A stretch of DNA of 64,000 nt from a virus: the IMG/VR virus record IMGVR_UViG_3300031951_000022, positions 93,713-157,712 of that record, one strand, 5' to 3'. This document shows, piece by piece, positions 1 through 12,000 of the stretch. Under the pieces are notes generated by a model, which ran no database searches, had not been told where the DNA came from, and saw only the letters and a program-made list of their open reading frames with translations. The position numbers were made by a program, and so were the translations under genes. Each line of letters opens with the position of its first letter. The first letter of the stretch is position 1.

Positions 1-3000
1 GAAAAAGCAGCCCAGGCTAAAGGTGATTTTAGTTTGGTTGCTGAGTCGCTCGCTAAAAGTAAATCAGAAAAAATAGAAAATACTATTTTAGGTAAAGTTT
101 ATGATGCTGTTGAAGATGGCTCCAAAGAACTTTCTTCTGCAACAAGGATATCTACAGGAGGAGCATCAGAAGCTACAAGAATTTTAAAACAGTCTAATAT
201 AGATAATGTCATTGGTAATATTTATGAAGCTATTATTAGTAATGCTGGCTCTCCATATAACGAAAAGGATAGAGACTCTAGCAACGAAGCTTTCGATTTT
301 CCGTCGGGGTTGGGGTCTGTTGCTTCAAATTTTGGTTCTGGTAGATTAGCTAAAATTATTACAGACGCTAAAACAAGATTTACCTCTGGGAATATATCAT
401 CATTTCTTAATAAAGTAAAGAATTTTGAAAGTAAAAAACTATCTAAAGAAGTAGAAGCCATCTTAGATAGACCAGATATTTTATCAGGATTTAGTACGCG
501 AGAGCTAGCAGATAAAAGAGCTTCTAGTGCTAGGTCTGAAGTAAAAAGATTGGTTGATACCAGGATACAAAGAAGAGCATCTGGTGGGTCCATATCTGGC
601 GAAGACACTGTTCCTGCCATGTTAACCCCCGGCGAATTTATAATTAATAAAAAAGCAGCAAAAAGAATTGGTTCATCTAGTTTACATAATCTAAATAGGG
701 CAGATAGAATTGGATACAATAAGGGTGGTGCTGTAGGACATATTCAACATTTTGCTAGTGGCGGTGGAGTACAAAAGTTTTTTGCTGGTGGGGCTGTTGC
801 CGGTGTGAGAATGTTATTCACATCTATGCCTAGAATTATACAAGGTTTTCAAAGACTATCTACTTCTGTTCAAACAAGTTCTAAAGGCTTGACCATGTTT
901 GGTCAAAAGGTTACCAAGCTAGATGTTGGTATACCTCGCACTGGTAGTGGCACAGCTAGAGCCGGCGGGTCTAGTGCTGGCAGAAGAAATTTCGACAATC
1001 AAGGAGCCGGTGTTCCGCAAAACAGAGACATTGGCACCGCTGGATTATTGGCTTTGACTGCTGGAGGCGCCGCGGTTGAAGGTTTATCTAGTGGTATTGG
1101 TGGCTCAACCGGAGAAGTTATTAGTGCTGTAGGTAACGACGTTTTAAATTATTCTGCTATTGGAGCAACTATAGGATCTATGGTTCCCGTGGTGGGAACG
1201 GCAGCAGGAGCGGCAGCAGGAGCATTAGTTGGTTTAACTACAGGCTTATTTAAGTCTACAAAAGCAGTAAATGAATTCAATCTAGAGCTTGCTACAAATA
1301 AAAAGAACGCAGCCGCAGACGCATCAGATGCTAGTATTGCAAAGTTTGCTAAAACCGGATCACAATTAGACAAGGGTAATGCTTTATTGGACTTTAGTAA
1401 AACGATGAAAGCCGAACAAGAATTGGCTACCCAAAAGGGTGGTCTTAGAAAGATGACCACACAAGAGAACGTACAAGTGCAACAAAGAGGTGCTGAGCAA
1501 GCTATAGCTATACTTTCAGCAGAAATGTTGAATACGGGCCAAACGCTGGAACAAGTACAAAAGGCTATGGATCCAGCTTTGTTTGATAGTTTAAGTATAG
1601 AAATAGCCGAAGCTCAGTATGATTATATTGAAGCACAAAAAAGAATCAATCAAGAGTTTCAAGACGCAGAAGGAAACGAAGCTAAACAAAGAGATATTAA
1701 AAAACAAGGACTAATAGAACTTAAAAAAATTAGAGATAAAAATGTACAACTGCTCTTAGCAACTGCCGACGCAGAAGTTAAAACTAGAGAGAATGCTAAA
1801 AAACAAGCTGAAGTTAGAAAAGTAGTTGAATCTTTATTAGATAAATATCGTAAGATATCTGCAAGCCTTGAAAGATTTGGAGATGAGATAGAAGCTATCA
1901 AGGAAAGCGCAGCTAACTCAGTTAAAGGTTTTCAGGGACAAGCAGAATTCAATAATGTTGACAGATCTAATGAGAAGACTCTTGGTAATCTTAGTGCATA
2001 TTCTATGGCAGAGGTTGCAAAGGTTGCCAACCAAGTTGGTAATTTAGCTGGAGGTCAAACAGGACAAGAATTAAGCAATAATATACAGTCAGCAAAAGTA
2101 GCTCAAGATATTTTGCCTGGAATTTTACGAAATACTATGGCAAAAGATTCTCAAGGGGTTGTGGATGAGTTAAAAGCGGCTTTTGCTAAGGAAAAGATTC
2201 CGTTCCCTGACTTTTTAGCTAAAGATATTACCTCTGTATTAGGAGATGAAAGTGTTAGCCGTCAAGGAAAAAGCTTTAGTGAACTAGCCGACGACCCATC
2301 TTTACTTAATAATCTAAGCAAAGCAATGGGCGTCTCATTAGAAACTGCTACCTTATACTTGAAAAAATATAATGATGCCCTACAAGCTGCTCTTACAGAG
2401 ATTAGTAATAGTTATGCTAAATCTATGGCAGAGGCGGCAGAATGGCAATCTAAAGCATCAGATATTAGAGCCAGATCTCGCATTGAATTAGACCAAGCAC
2501 TAGGAAAAAATATTAGTTTGGAAAGAATGAATGAGCCATTTGATCAGAGAATCAGAGGATTAACGGGAGATGTGGTTTTCGGAGGCAGCACCAATCCAGC
2601 AGAAATTGCGAGAGGTATGAGAGACTCTATAGCTGCAAAACCAGGAGAAGAAAAAAAACTACAAGACTTATTAGCAAAAGACCTAGCTATTGACCCCAAC
2701 AACGAAGCAGCTAAAAAAGCATCCACAGCAGCTATTGTTAATCAAACGAAAGCTTTGGCTAATCAAAATAATGGTATTAATAATGCTCGTAAAGCACTAG
2801 AAGAATTAGCTAATGATAGCAGCGCAGCGGCTAATGCGTTAACAAAAATTCAAGAAGTCCAGAGAGTGTCTCAAGGAGCTACAAACTTTGCTCGCAAAGC
2901 ACTAACAAGTGATAATGAGCAACTAGCAGAAATGAATGACGCATTAACCGCATATACTAAGATTGTATCTGGACAAGCTACCAAAGACGAACTGAATTCT

Positions 3001-3792
3001 TTACCTTTTAGACAGCAAGGTTTTGAAGGTATGGATATGATTAAGGATTTAGTTCCAGAAAGCATGGGTAGGCGCATTGAAGCTCAAATGACCAGACAAA
3101 TGATCGAAGCTATGCCAAATGGACAAGAGCTTCTTAATAAGCCTATGGCTCTTCGTCCAGACGGAGAAAAAATTACTTTAGGTGGAGCGCTAGATAATGC
3201 CGCATCTGGTATAGATCCAGTACAACAAAAATATATTGACGCATATACAGAAGCAACATCTAGACAAGCAGAAGCAGCAGATGAACTAGGTAAATCGGCA
3301 GTCTCTGTTGCTCAAGTTTTTGAAGGTAAGATGGTAGAGATTCTAAATAGAATTGGACAAACAATGGGCGTAAAAGACGGAGTTCCGGCTATACCACAAG
3401 CTGGCGGTGCCGCCGGAGCACCTATTCCTTTTGGCGCCCTCCCAGCAGCAGCACCCAATAATGGTGGACAGGTCGCAAATAATGGTAATGCAGTAGCTAA
3501 TATACCCGGTTTCGGCCCCATCACAGTAGATGATGCCGCTAAACAATTTGCTCAAAGTATTAGCTCTGGATTTGAGGCATTTGGTACTTATGTACAAGCC
3601 CTGTCCGGTATTAAGTTGCCAGAAAAAATTGAACTATCTGGTAATCATGTTGTAGACGTTAGAATCACCGGAGCGGCTGCTTTTGATGCTCTAAAGAAAG
3701 ATTTTACAAATATGATTTCTGTAGAAGTTAGTAAGGCTATGAATCAGATATGGAATCAAACTGGCGGTGGAATAGGAAGCGCCCCAAAATAG
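1..3792 (+). CDS. Tail tape measure protein, C-terminal part (frame open at window start)
   Basis: Long Ala/Gln/Lys-rich helical protein with GGSISGEDTVPAMLTPGEFIINKKAAKRIG and FASGG motifs typical of tape-measure C-terminal regions; frame 1 is open from base 1; precedes tail genes. Confidence 0.8.
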   Translation, partial: EKAAQAKGDFSLVAESLAKSKSEKIENTILGKVYDAVEDGSKELSSATRISTGGASEATRILKQSNIDNVIGNIYEAIISNAGSPYNEKDRDSSNEAFDFPSGLGSVASNFGSGRLAKIITDAKTRFTSGNISSFLNKVKNFESKKLSKEVEAILDRPDILSGFSTRELADKRASSARSEVKRLVDTRIQRRASGGSISGEDTVPAMLTPGEFIINKKAAKRIGSSSLHNLNRADRIGYNKGGAVGHIQHFASGGGVQKFFAGGAVAGVRMLFTSMPRIIQGFQRLSTSVQTSSKGLTMFGQKVTKLDVGIPRTGSGTARAGGSSAGRRNFDNQGAGVPQNRDIGTAGLLALTAGGAAVEGLSSGIGGSTGEVISAVGNDVLNYSAIGATIGSMVPVVGTAAGAAAGALVGLTTGLFKSTKAVNEFNLELATNKKNAAADASDASIAKFAKTGSQLDKGNALLDFSKTMKAEQELATQKGGLRKMTTQENVQVQQRGAEQAIAILSAEMLNTGQTLEQVQKAMDPALFDSLSIEIAEAQYDYIEAQKRINQEFQDAEGNEAKQRDIKKQGLIELKKIRDKNVQLLLATADAEVKTRENAKKQAEVRKVVESLLDKYRKISASLERFGDEIEAIKESAANSVKGFQGQAEFNNVDRSNEKTLGNLSAYSMAEVAKVANQVGNLAGGQTGQELSNNIQSAKVAQDILPGILRNTMAKDSQGVVDELKAAFAKEKIPFPDFLAKDITSVLGDESVSRQGKSFSELADDPSLLNNLSKAMGVSLETATLYLKKYNDALQAALTEISNSYAKSMAEAAEWQSKASDIRARSRIELDQALGKNISLERMNEPFDQRIRGLTGDVVFGGSTNPAEIARGMRDSIAAKPGEEKKLQDLLAKDLAIDPNNEAAKKASTAAIVNQTKALANQNNGINNARKALEELANDSSAAANALTKIQEVQRVSQGATNFARKALTSDNEQLAEMNDALTAYTKIVSGQATKDELNSLPFRQQGFEGMDMIKDLVPESMGRRIEAQMTRQMIEAMPNGQELLNKPMALRPDGEKITLGGALDNAASGIDPVQQKYIDAYTEATSRQAEAADELGKSAVSVAQVFEGKMVEILNRIGQTMGVKDGVPAIPQAGGAAGAPIPFGALPAAAPNNGGQVANNGNAVANIPGFGPITVDDAAKQFAQSISSGFEAFGTYVQALSGIKLPEKIELSGNHVVDVRITGAAAFDALKKDFTNMISVEVSKAMNQIWNQTGGGIGSAPK

Positions 3793-3804
3793 GATAGATA
3801 ACAC

Positions 3805-5541
3805 ATGAATAATATTTCTGTTTATTATTGTAAAGCTAGCGAATCTCCTGGATCATCACATAGATTATCGCCGGCCCCAACCATATCTATTAGTCCAGAA
3901 ATTTACTATGCAAATGATAATGTAATTGGCTATACTTATGCTATTACTCTTAATGGCTATGCTAATGCTCTGAGATTAGATCTGGATCCAGGGTCTACTG
4001 ATTTTGGCTTAGAGCCAACCGTTGAACATATAGGACATATTAGAGAAGTATTCAATACTAATGGTGGTACTTTATATATTAAGGATGGATCTAGAAACAT
4101 TATTGTGGCTAAAGGTGCCACTATTAAAAATATTCAATTTGATACATCTGAGAATAGATGGGTAAATTATGCCCCATATACTGTAGAAGTTGAGTTTAAT
4201 GAAGTTGATTTTATCGGTTGTTCTAATAACTCAGCTGTTGCCTGTAATAGTAGTTTTTTTCATTCTCCTCACCAAAGCGCGACTGTTACAGCAGATAATT
4301 TGGTAGATATCAAAAAACATAAAATTAAAGAGTTTAGTGATAAATGGTCATTTACTGTAGAAAATGAAATTTACGATAATTATAATGGATTTTTAAATTC
4401 TTTTTTTAATGTGTCTTATACAATATCAGCAACAGGCAAAAATTATTATGTTGGTGATAACTTGGTACCAGCTTGGCATCAAGCTAAATTATTTGTACAA
4501 GAAAGATTACAAAAACAAGTTTTAGGACTATTGAATGGCGTTTTACAAATTACCCCTCTTAATATAGATGCTTGTGCAGCTTCGGGAGATATTTCTAGTT
4601 TACACAACGTAGATACTTCTGCCCCAAGAGCTGGAGGATTATTGCAAAATCTCAACACTTTGAGAGATGGTGTTACTAGAACATTTGATATTTATAACGA
4701 ACAAATTTCTTGTGATACTTCGGAAGCGGAGGGCACATTTAGTGTAACCTATAATGCCTTAGTTAAGCGTAGCGATCCCGCTTTGAGTCCTTCGGCAAAT
4801 GCCGCTATTTTCACTTATAATAAAAATATTACAGTAACTGATGATGATGGATTAAATGCTACTATTAATCTACAAGGCACAGTACAAGGACTAGTTAGAG
4901 GAGGATTTATATATTATAATAATGACTATGTATTACCATCTACTGGAACAATAGTTATAAATGTCGATAGCGCAGAAACTAAATATAGTAATGCTGTGGC
5001 TTATTTTAATGCCAAGATAGGTACAGCAACTGATTTGTTACAATCATTTAAAGCTTCGCTCAATATTACCAAAAGACAACTATTGCTCAAGGGTCCAGAC
5101 GGATATCCTTCGCCATCTTCTTTTATTTTGGAACATAGCTATCATGATGGCTCTATTGGCATTACCGCTGTTTATGATAAGTCTCAAACAGAAAATGCTG
5201 ACAGAGGATACTATACATTATCCATAGTAAGAAATGATCCTGTAGAACTTATACAAGAGTTTGTTATTCCTGGCAGAATACAAGGACCATTAATTCAAAG
5301 ACTTAATGCTTTAACATCTAAAACAATAGCTATTAATATTGAAGGGGCCGATAGGTCGAACAAAATTTGTAACACGATAAACAACCTAGATCTATGCAGT
5401 CTTTACCCAGCTTTTAATATTCCTAATTATACTCAACTATTACAAGACAATGATATGTGGATCAAAACTAAAGAAGACTATACAATGAATATTGTAGATG
5501 GTTCGTTTAGTATTGCTCTGGAATATACTTCTAAAGGATAA
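3805..5541 (+). CDS. Putative tail/baseplate structural protein (paralog A)
   Basis: 578 aa beta-rich protein right after tape measure; AGGA SD; collinear motifs shared with next gene. Confidence 0.6.
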   Translation: MNNISVYYCKASESPGSSHRLSPAPTISISPEIYYANDNVIGYTYAITLNGYANALRLDLDPGSTDFGLEPTVEHIGHIREVFNTNGGTLYIKDGSRNIIVAKGATIKNIQFDTSENRWVNYAPYTVEVEFNEVDFIGCSNNSAVACNSSFFHSPHQSATVTADNLVDIKKHKIKEFSDKWSFTVENEIYDNYNGFLNSFFNVSYTISATGKNYYVGDNLVPAWHQAKLFVQERLQKQVLGLLNGVLQITPLNIDACAASGDISSLHNVDTSAPRAGGLLQNLNTLRDGVTRTFDIYNEQISCDTSEAEGTFSVTYNALVKRSDPALSPSANAAIFTYNKNITVTDDDGLNATINLQGTVQGLVRGGFIYYNNDYVLPSTGTIVINVDSAETKYSNAVAYFNAKIGTATDLLQSFKASLNITKRQLLLKGPDGYPSPSSFILEHSYHDGSIGITAVYDKSQTENADRGYYTLSIVRNDPVELIQEFVIPGRIQGPLIQRLNALTSKTIAINIEGADRSNKICNTINNLDLCSLYPAFNIPNYTQLLQDNDMWIKTKEDYTMNIVDGSFSIALEYTSKG

Positions 5542-5545
5542 ACTT

Positions 5546-7381
5546 ATGTCTACATATAGCCCAGATGTAAAAATTTATTACGGACCCAAAGATGCTGATC
5601 ATAGATTAATTCCGGCCCCAGATGTAGCTATTTCTCTGGAATTAGATTATAGTAATGATACGGTTATTGGTTATAAATATATTATTACTTTAACTGGAAT
5701 TGCTAGTGGATTAGATTTAAGAAATGTAGCCTATGGAGGTAATATACCAGAACCTTCAAGCTATGGGATAGGAGCCATAACAAATCAGATTCATATCTTG
5801 CGTAAAATTCTTAGTCAAAATGGAAATATTTTACATATTGTTCATGGAGATACTGAAGACCATATCCTTAAAGCCAAGGGTGGTATTTTAAGATCTTTAC
5901 GCTTTGATGAGTCCTCTAATAATTGGACCCATTTTGCTAATTATACTGCCACCATAGAGTTTACGTCTCTAGATCTACTAAACTATACTGAAGACTGCTC
6001 TTCATTATTTTTGGATGGGGCGACTTATTCTGCTAATGATACCGGTATCACTAATATTGCTACATATAAAATTAAGAGCTTTACAGATAGCTGGAAGCTT
6101 TCATTTGACGAAACAGAAGCATTTAATCGTGTTAAAAATATAGATACAGGTTATAATCTTAACATTAACAATAGTAGCTTTAACATAGAGTACTCCATCT
6201 CTGCTACAGGTAAGCATAATCATGTTTATACTGATGAGGAAACCGGGGAATCTAAATTATTGCCAGCTTGGGAACAGGCTAAGAACTTTGTGCAGTACAG
6301 ATTATACTATCAAGTTATTAATCTTCTGAATGGCGTTCTTAAACTCTATGATAATGCCTGTACAAGCACAGATACTCTTTCGACTGTAAATATTCCGGGC
6401 ACAACAGCGGCTGGATTATATTCTGGTTTGAATGATTTAGACTATAATATATTTAATGAACAAATTTCTTGTGAAAGCTCAGAATCAGACGGCACCTTTT
6501 CTGCTACATATTCAGCGGTTGTGAAAAGTAAATTTGGTAATTTAAATTGGAGTAGCGTTAATACAAAACATACTGTAAATAAAACTGTTACTCGTACAAG
6601 CTCTCAAGAAGATCCAAATAATGTATCAATATCAGTTAATGGCTCTATAGAGGGTTTGATTCCTGGGGGTTTAATTAGGGCTCCTAAGCCACTCGCATTG
6701 CCTGATGGCGGAGCTTTTTTAATATTTAATGGCTCTACTCTCTCAAAGTATACGTATGCTAAACTTTTATTAGATCAAATTTATAGTGATAATGATTATA
6801 ATGGTGGTATTGGAGATACTGGAAAAAGAGACTTAAGACCATTTTTTAAAAATGCTTTAGGAATAGTATTACCAGCACTAAATGAAAACTGCACTATAGA
6901 CCCAGGAGTTCCAGAACCAGCAGATCCTCCGCATCCAGTATCATTTAACTTGACACATGACTATAATAGTGGTATTATTACATATGATGTTGAATATAAT
7001 AGTAACAATCTCGGAGGTCGTAAGTATAGAGACGTTTCTATTCAGATTACTAATCCTAACAAGGTGATAGCTGTATTCAGCATACCTAATAGCTTGGCTT
7101 GTGCCAGAACACAAGAGTTGGGAACATATACGGCTAAAACAGTTAGTGTGACTGTACAAGGAAGAGACTATAGTGAAATGGGTCAACCCACAGAACTTAA
7201 CTTAGTAAATGAATGGATGTCTGGTGGGTGGTGTATAGATGAAGCATACCTACCTATCGCCTTACCAATGTTAAATAATGCGATATTGACCCAAAAACAA
7301 TATACAAAAGACCCAATCACAGGAGCATTTACAGTTAATTTGACGTATATTTGCGATAATCCAGGATGTTATATAGCTTAG
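5546..7381 (+). CDS. Putative tail/baseplate structural protein (paralog B)
   Basis: Start taken at ATG 5546 (MSTYSPDVK) with AAGGA SD; shares HRLxPAP, YxISATGK, PAWxQAKxFVQxRL, NEQISC with 3805..5541. Confidence 0.6.
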   Translation: MSTYSPDVKIYYGPKDADHRLIPAPDVAISLELDYSNDTVIGYKYIITLTGIASGLDLRNVAYGGNIPEPSSYGIGAITNQIHILRKILSQNGNILHIVHGDTEDHILKAKGGILRSLRFDESSNNWTHFANYTATIEFTSLDLLNYTEDCSSLFLDGATYSANDTGITNIATYKIKSFTDSWKLSFDETEAFNRVKNIDTGYNLNINNSSFNIEYSISATGKHNHVYTDEETGESKLLPAWEQAKNFVQYRLYYQVINLLNGVLKLYDNACTSTDTLSTVNIPGTTAAGLYSGLNDLDYNIFNEQISCESSESDGTFSATYSAVVKSKFGNLNWSSVNTKHTVNKTVTRTSSQEDPNNVSISVNGSIEGLIPGGLIRAPKPLALPDGGAFLIFNGSTLSKYTYAKLLLDQIYSDNDYNGGIGDTGKRDLRPFFKNALGIVLPALNENCTIDPGVPEPADPPHPVSFNLTHDYNSGIITYDVEYNSNNLGGRKYRDVSIQITNPNKVIAVFSIPNSLACARTQELGTYTAKTVSVTVQGRDYSEMGQPTELNLVNEWMSGGWCIDEAYLPIALPMLNNAILTQKQYTKDPITGAFTVNLTYICDNPGCYIA

Positions 7382-7388
7382 GACTATT

Positions 7389-9011
7389 ATGAGTGATATT
7401 ATTACACAACCAATTAAGTTTTTAGGGGCCACAGTATTATCTTTTAATGCTACTTTAGGCTTCGGTTCTACCCAAGAAACAACTATTAATGTTGATTTAG
7501 TGGAAGATTGTGCAAACGGAGATTTATTTTATCCTAATAATGGATTAATTTTTGTTGGAGGTCCAGTATACTTTAGTGCTGGCGCTTTTAATTTTGGTGG
7601 TATTCTGACTAATTGGACAGTATCTCAGGGTGGAGGTGGGAAAACGTTTAATGTTAGGGCTGTAGACCCAAGGTCTCTTTTGGAAAATTCTGTAGTTATT
7701 ATTGATACATATTTAGGTCCGCCAACTCAAGGAATAAATTATTTTAATGTATATGCTGGTTACGAATCTCCTGTTTTAAATGGCAACTGTCAATTTTTTG
7801 GTAGTTCTCTGGGTAATGAAAGAGGTATGCCATATCAGGCTATAATTAGTAAACTTCAACAGATGAACCCAACTATATACTCACCTACTGGTTATGCTTT
7901 TACTGTTAATTTTAGTTCTTTCCCAACAGGCTTACCAGAATACTATAGAGTTCCAGGACCACAAATCACCCTACTGCAACTTCTTCAAGACGTTTGTGAC
8001 ATTCTAGGATATGATTTTTATGTAGACTTATTGCCGGGAGGCATTATTAGTGTTGGATTGGTTAATCTTAGACAGCAACCCACTAGTTTCAACAGCATAA
8101 TTTCCGCATACAATGGAATTGCCACGGATCTTTCATATGGTCAAGAGTTGAGAAATGAAAAAACCAGAACAGTATTGTTTGGTGAAAAACAACATTATTT
8201 AGCTCCTATAGATAAATTTAATTTCTTTTTTGGAGAAGATCTAATTAATAATGAAATGGTTCCCGTTATTCCATTTAGAGAAGATTCTTGTGGCTTTTGG
8301 ATCAATAAAAAAGTGGATTCATTAAACGCAGCTCTTACTAGGCCACTACCAACTAATGGCCCCTATGAAATTTCAGAACTAGATATTCGTGCTGCACTAT
8401 CGTCTTATAAGCTATGGAAAAATAGAGTTTTAACAGCTACTATCCCAGGATCTTTTAATGAGGCTATAAGAGCCAACTGGCCAGAGGCGGCAGAAGACCT
8501 ACGGGCGGCTGGTCAAGTATTAGCTAATGGTGGAGACGCGATTAAGGCAACAGAAAATCCTCAGCGAGGATTTGTTGATCAAATGCAAAATGCTCGTAAA
8601 CCAGCAGCTAAAAGTAATAAGCCAGAATTTTTAAATGATCTAGAAAAAGTATTTAATTTTGTGAAAAATCTTGGTAGTACATATTATGGCAAACAATTTT
8701 TTGTACCTTTAAACCAAAGAATTTGTTATTATAGAGGAGATGATTTTCAAGAAATTATTTTCTCAGACGTTCCAACCAACGATGGAGGCTGGGTAGAAGA
8801 AGGAGTTCCAGTGTTGGGGTTAGCAGATCCCGAATTGTCTGCTTTTAGAGAAGAAGATAATAGGGTAGGATGTTTTGCAGTTTTTGCTTTCAATGCCGCA
8901 GAAGCACCCATACCAGAAACCTCAGAAGAAGATACTAGTACTGGACCCGTATCTATCCCTGATGATTCTGTGTTTAATGATGGCAGTATTCCCCCAGAGC
9001 TTCCCTCTTAG
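7389..9011 (+). CDS. Putative tail/baseplate hub-like protein
   Basis: 540 aa, tail-module position, AGGA SD. Confidence 0.5.
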   Translation: MSDIITQPIKFLGATVLSFNATLGFGSTQETTINVDLVEDCANGDLFYPNNGLIFVGGPVYFSAGAFNFGGILTNWTVSQGGGGKTFNVRAVDPRSLLENSVVIIDTYLGPPTQGINYFNVYAGYESPVLNGNCQFFGSSLGNERGMPYQAIISKLQQMNPTIYSPTGYAFTVNFSSFPTGLPEYYRVPGPQITLLQLLQDVCDILGYDFYVDLLPGGIISVGLVNLRQQPTSFNSIISAYNGIATDLSYGQELRNEKTRTVLFGEKQHYLAPIDKFNFFFGEDLINNEMVPVIPFREDSCGFWINKKVDSLNAALTRPLPTNGPYEISELDIRAALSSYKLWKNRVLTATIPGSFNEAIRANWPEAAEDLRAAGQVLANGGDAIKATENPQRGFVDQMQNARKPAAKSNKPEFLNDLEKVFNFVKNLGSTYYGKQFFVPLNQRICYYRGDDFQEIIFSDVPTNDGGWVEEGVPVLGLADPELSAFREEDNRVGCFAVFAFNAAEAPIPETSEEDTSTGPVSIPDDSVFNDGSIPPELPS

Positions 9012-9032
9012 TTTTAAATAAGGACTATATTT

Positions 9033-12000
9033 ATGGCTGGAATTAACTGCGGCAAATTAGATATAACTAATATTAATGATGATGATGTTATTGCCATTAA
9101 TAATAAGGCATGGGTTAGGGGCGATGTAGACGAAAAGGTTTATATATGGGACAATAAAGCTTGTGTTGTTATTAAATTTAATGATGCTTGTACAGCTACT
9201 ATATGTAATGATCAAACAGACGTAAATAAGACATTGATGTTGTTGTCTAGTGCTATTGAAGTATCAAAAGAATCTGGAGATGGAGAGTCAAGCCCTTCTC
9301 CGCCAAACGTAGACGAAGACAGTGCTAATGAAGAAAGAGAAGCTAAGTCTATTTGTGGAGTTGAATTAGACAAACTAAAAGAAGCCCAAAAAGCTTTAGA
9401 TTCATCTAGTATTAACGACAGAGGATATCAGGGTGCTGCCGTTATGCCGATTGGTGCTGTGGTGCCTATGAGATCCAATGTTCGCACCTACGGACCATAT
9501 GCGTCTGCTAATTTCGGCAGCAGCGCCGGTGGAGTAAATGTAGAGGTTAATACCGAACTATGCCCTTGGGTTTTCGGTTCTATAACAGCCATGCATGCTG
9601 CTGGCTCTTCTTTAGTATCTAATGCGGATGTTGGTCTAACCAGAGCTGAGACAGGATCTATAACCATACAAGGACTACCCGATCTCATAGGTCTAGGCGC
9701 TACTGTTGTTAGTGGAGGACCAAATCTTACAGGATTAAATGTTAGTTTTGGCTCATCTGGTATTACGACTAATTATGAGTTTAGAACATATACTCCTAAA
9801 TTTGGTGGATTAAATAGGCATTATTTAGAAAAATTCAAGAGCATTGCTAAAAATAGAGTAGAACAACTAAGATTTTTGCGCAACAATCAAATTTTACAAA
9901 ATAAAATTCGTAGAAAACTTAAAAATATAGATCGCAACAATAATAAAGCTGGCGGAATATTAGACAAAGACGAAGGATCTAAAAATTCGCTACAACGAGT
10001 CTTAATGGGAGAAATATATAATTGGCAAAATGATGACGGAAGTATAAGTCAAAGAACTGTAGTAGGAACAAACGGCCTAGCTAAAAGTGTAGCAGAAATG
10101 ATGTATGACTATGAGAAAAAAGCATACGTTAGTCTAGACGCCCTTTTCGGTCCTGTATCATTATATGGCGACGGTCAATTGCCCAGATATGCTAATCCAA
10201 ATCCTCTGGAACACAAAAAGTCTAGCATAGGCGCCCAACCACCATTTGCTAAATATGGTCAATGTTATGGCTCATTGAATTTAGATCAATATAATATAGA
10301 CTTAACACAACAATATTTAAATCCTCTAACTAATAATTTTGGAGATAATGATCATCACCATACTGGTCCTGGTGCCGGCCACGTTATAGATGTGGTTGGT
10401 AGAAATAGCGAAGTGCCAGACAATGGCGTTATCACCAATATGTATTCTCCAGACGATTCTAGCAGATACTCCAACGATTATCGCTTTTTAGCCATGAGAG
10501 GACCATTAGTTTTACATAGTTGGGGATATGACTTAGATGGTAAACCAATACCCAATGCTGCTGATGATGAAAATGCTACGAAGGCAGGAACATTCAAGAC
10601 AGATCTCTTAAAAGATCAATTTTTGAAAGATTGGCTCAAGAAGCCCGCAACATGGCCAGCTGCTCCTGTTGACCTTAGATTTGATAGAGAAAGAGGATTA
10701 TGGGTTAGTCCACAGCCATACAAAATTGTGGTAGCAAAAATAGTTACTAAAATTAATCCGTTTCAAGAAGGTCGTGGGGTGTTGATTAATTATGGTAAAA
10801 AACTATTTGATCAAACTGGCGCAGAAATTCGTGCAGATGGTGAAGGAGAGTGTGAGAATACAGAAAAACAAGAAGAATGGGTATTAGTTAATCTAACTGA
10901 TTGTCAAGAGCCAAAATATTGGTGCTGTACAAATGGACAAGACGAATACTCTAACTTACTATATAAGTGTGTTAGAGAGGATGACTATAATTTTTGTGGT
11001 GCTGCTAATTCTGTTAGTGGTCCATATGATACTCCTAGCTGTGATGGTGGGTGTGATGGTGGAGAAAATTATTATTGTTGTACTAATGGCACAGACGAAG
11101 AAGGCAATCCTTTATATAGATGTTTAAGAGATAATGATCCTGCATTTTGTGGTGTGGATAATGCTGTTGGCGGACCATATTTTGATGACCCCAACTGTGA
11201 TGCTGGTTGCGGACCACAAGGCAGTTCTTCCTCTTCTTCCTCTTCTTCCTCTTCTTCTAGTATAGACCTATGCAATCCTCCATGCGCTCAAACGATTACA
11301 GTATTAACTAGTATTTCTTTGAGTTCTGGTGGATTAGTTGCCGGAACTGCCTCAGTTAGAGTTTTAGATTATACTCCTACCGCGCCTATTCTTATTGCGG
11401 CTACCGCTTGCTCTGGAACAGGAAGTAGTAGTAGCAGTAGTAGTTCTATGTTTAGCGGATATTATTGTTGTACTAACGGTACAGATGAGCTTGGTAATCT
11501 TTTATATGAATGTATAGCCGATAATGATCGAGCATTTTGTGGTATTGCAAATGCTGTTAGTGGCCCATATGAGGATCCGGCGTGCGGAGGTTGTGGCGTC
11601 GAGAGCAGTAGTAGCAGCAGTAGTAGTAGTAATCCCTGGTATTGTGTATCAGACAATGGAAGTGTATGCTTTTGTAAGGATGATGGTGGTCAACGACCAG
11701 AAGATCCACTATATGAGTTAGAATCAGAATGTATTGCTGTCTGTTGTGAATCTAGCAGTAGCAGTAGTAGTAGTAGTAGTCTTCCTTCTAGTAGTTCTAG
11801 TAGTATTAGTAGTAGTTCTAGTAGTGGTCCCGAGCCGACACCTCCAGACGGAGATACTCAGCAGCCAATGATTAAGCTTGTTGATCGTATTGGTAAAGGA
11901 CATAATGCTGGCGAATTAGTTTATGCTTACTTTGATGCGGAAAATAATGTATATATTGTCTTACAAAGACATAAAGAGCTTAATACTGCAACTATTTATG

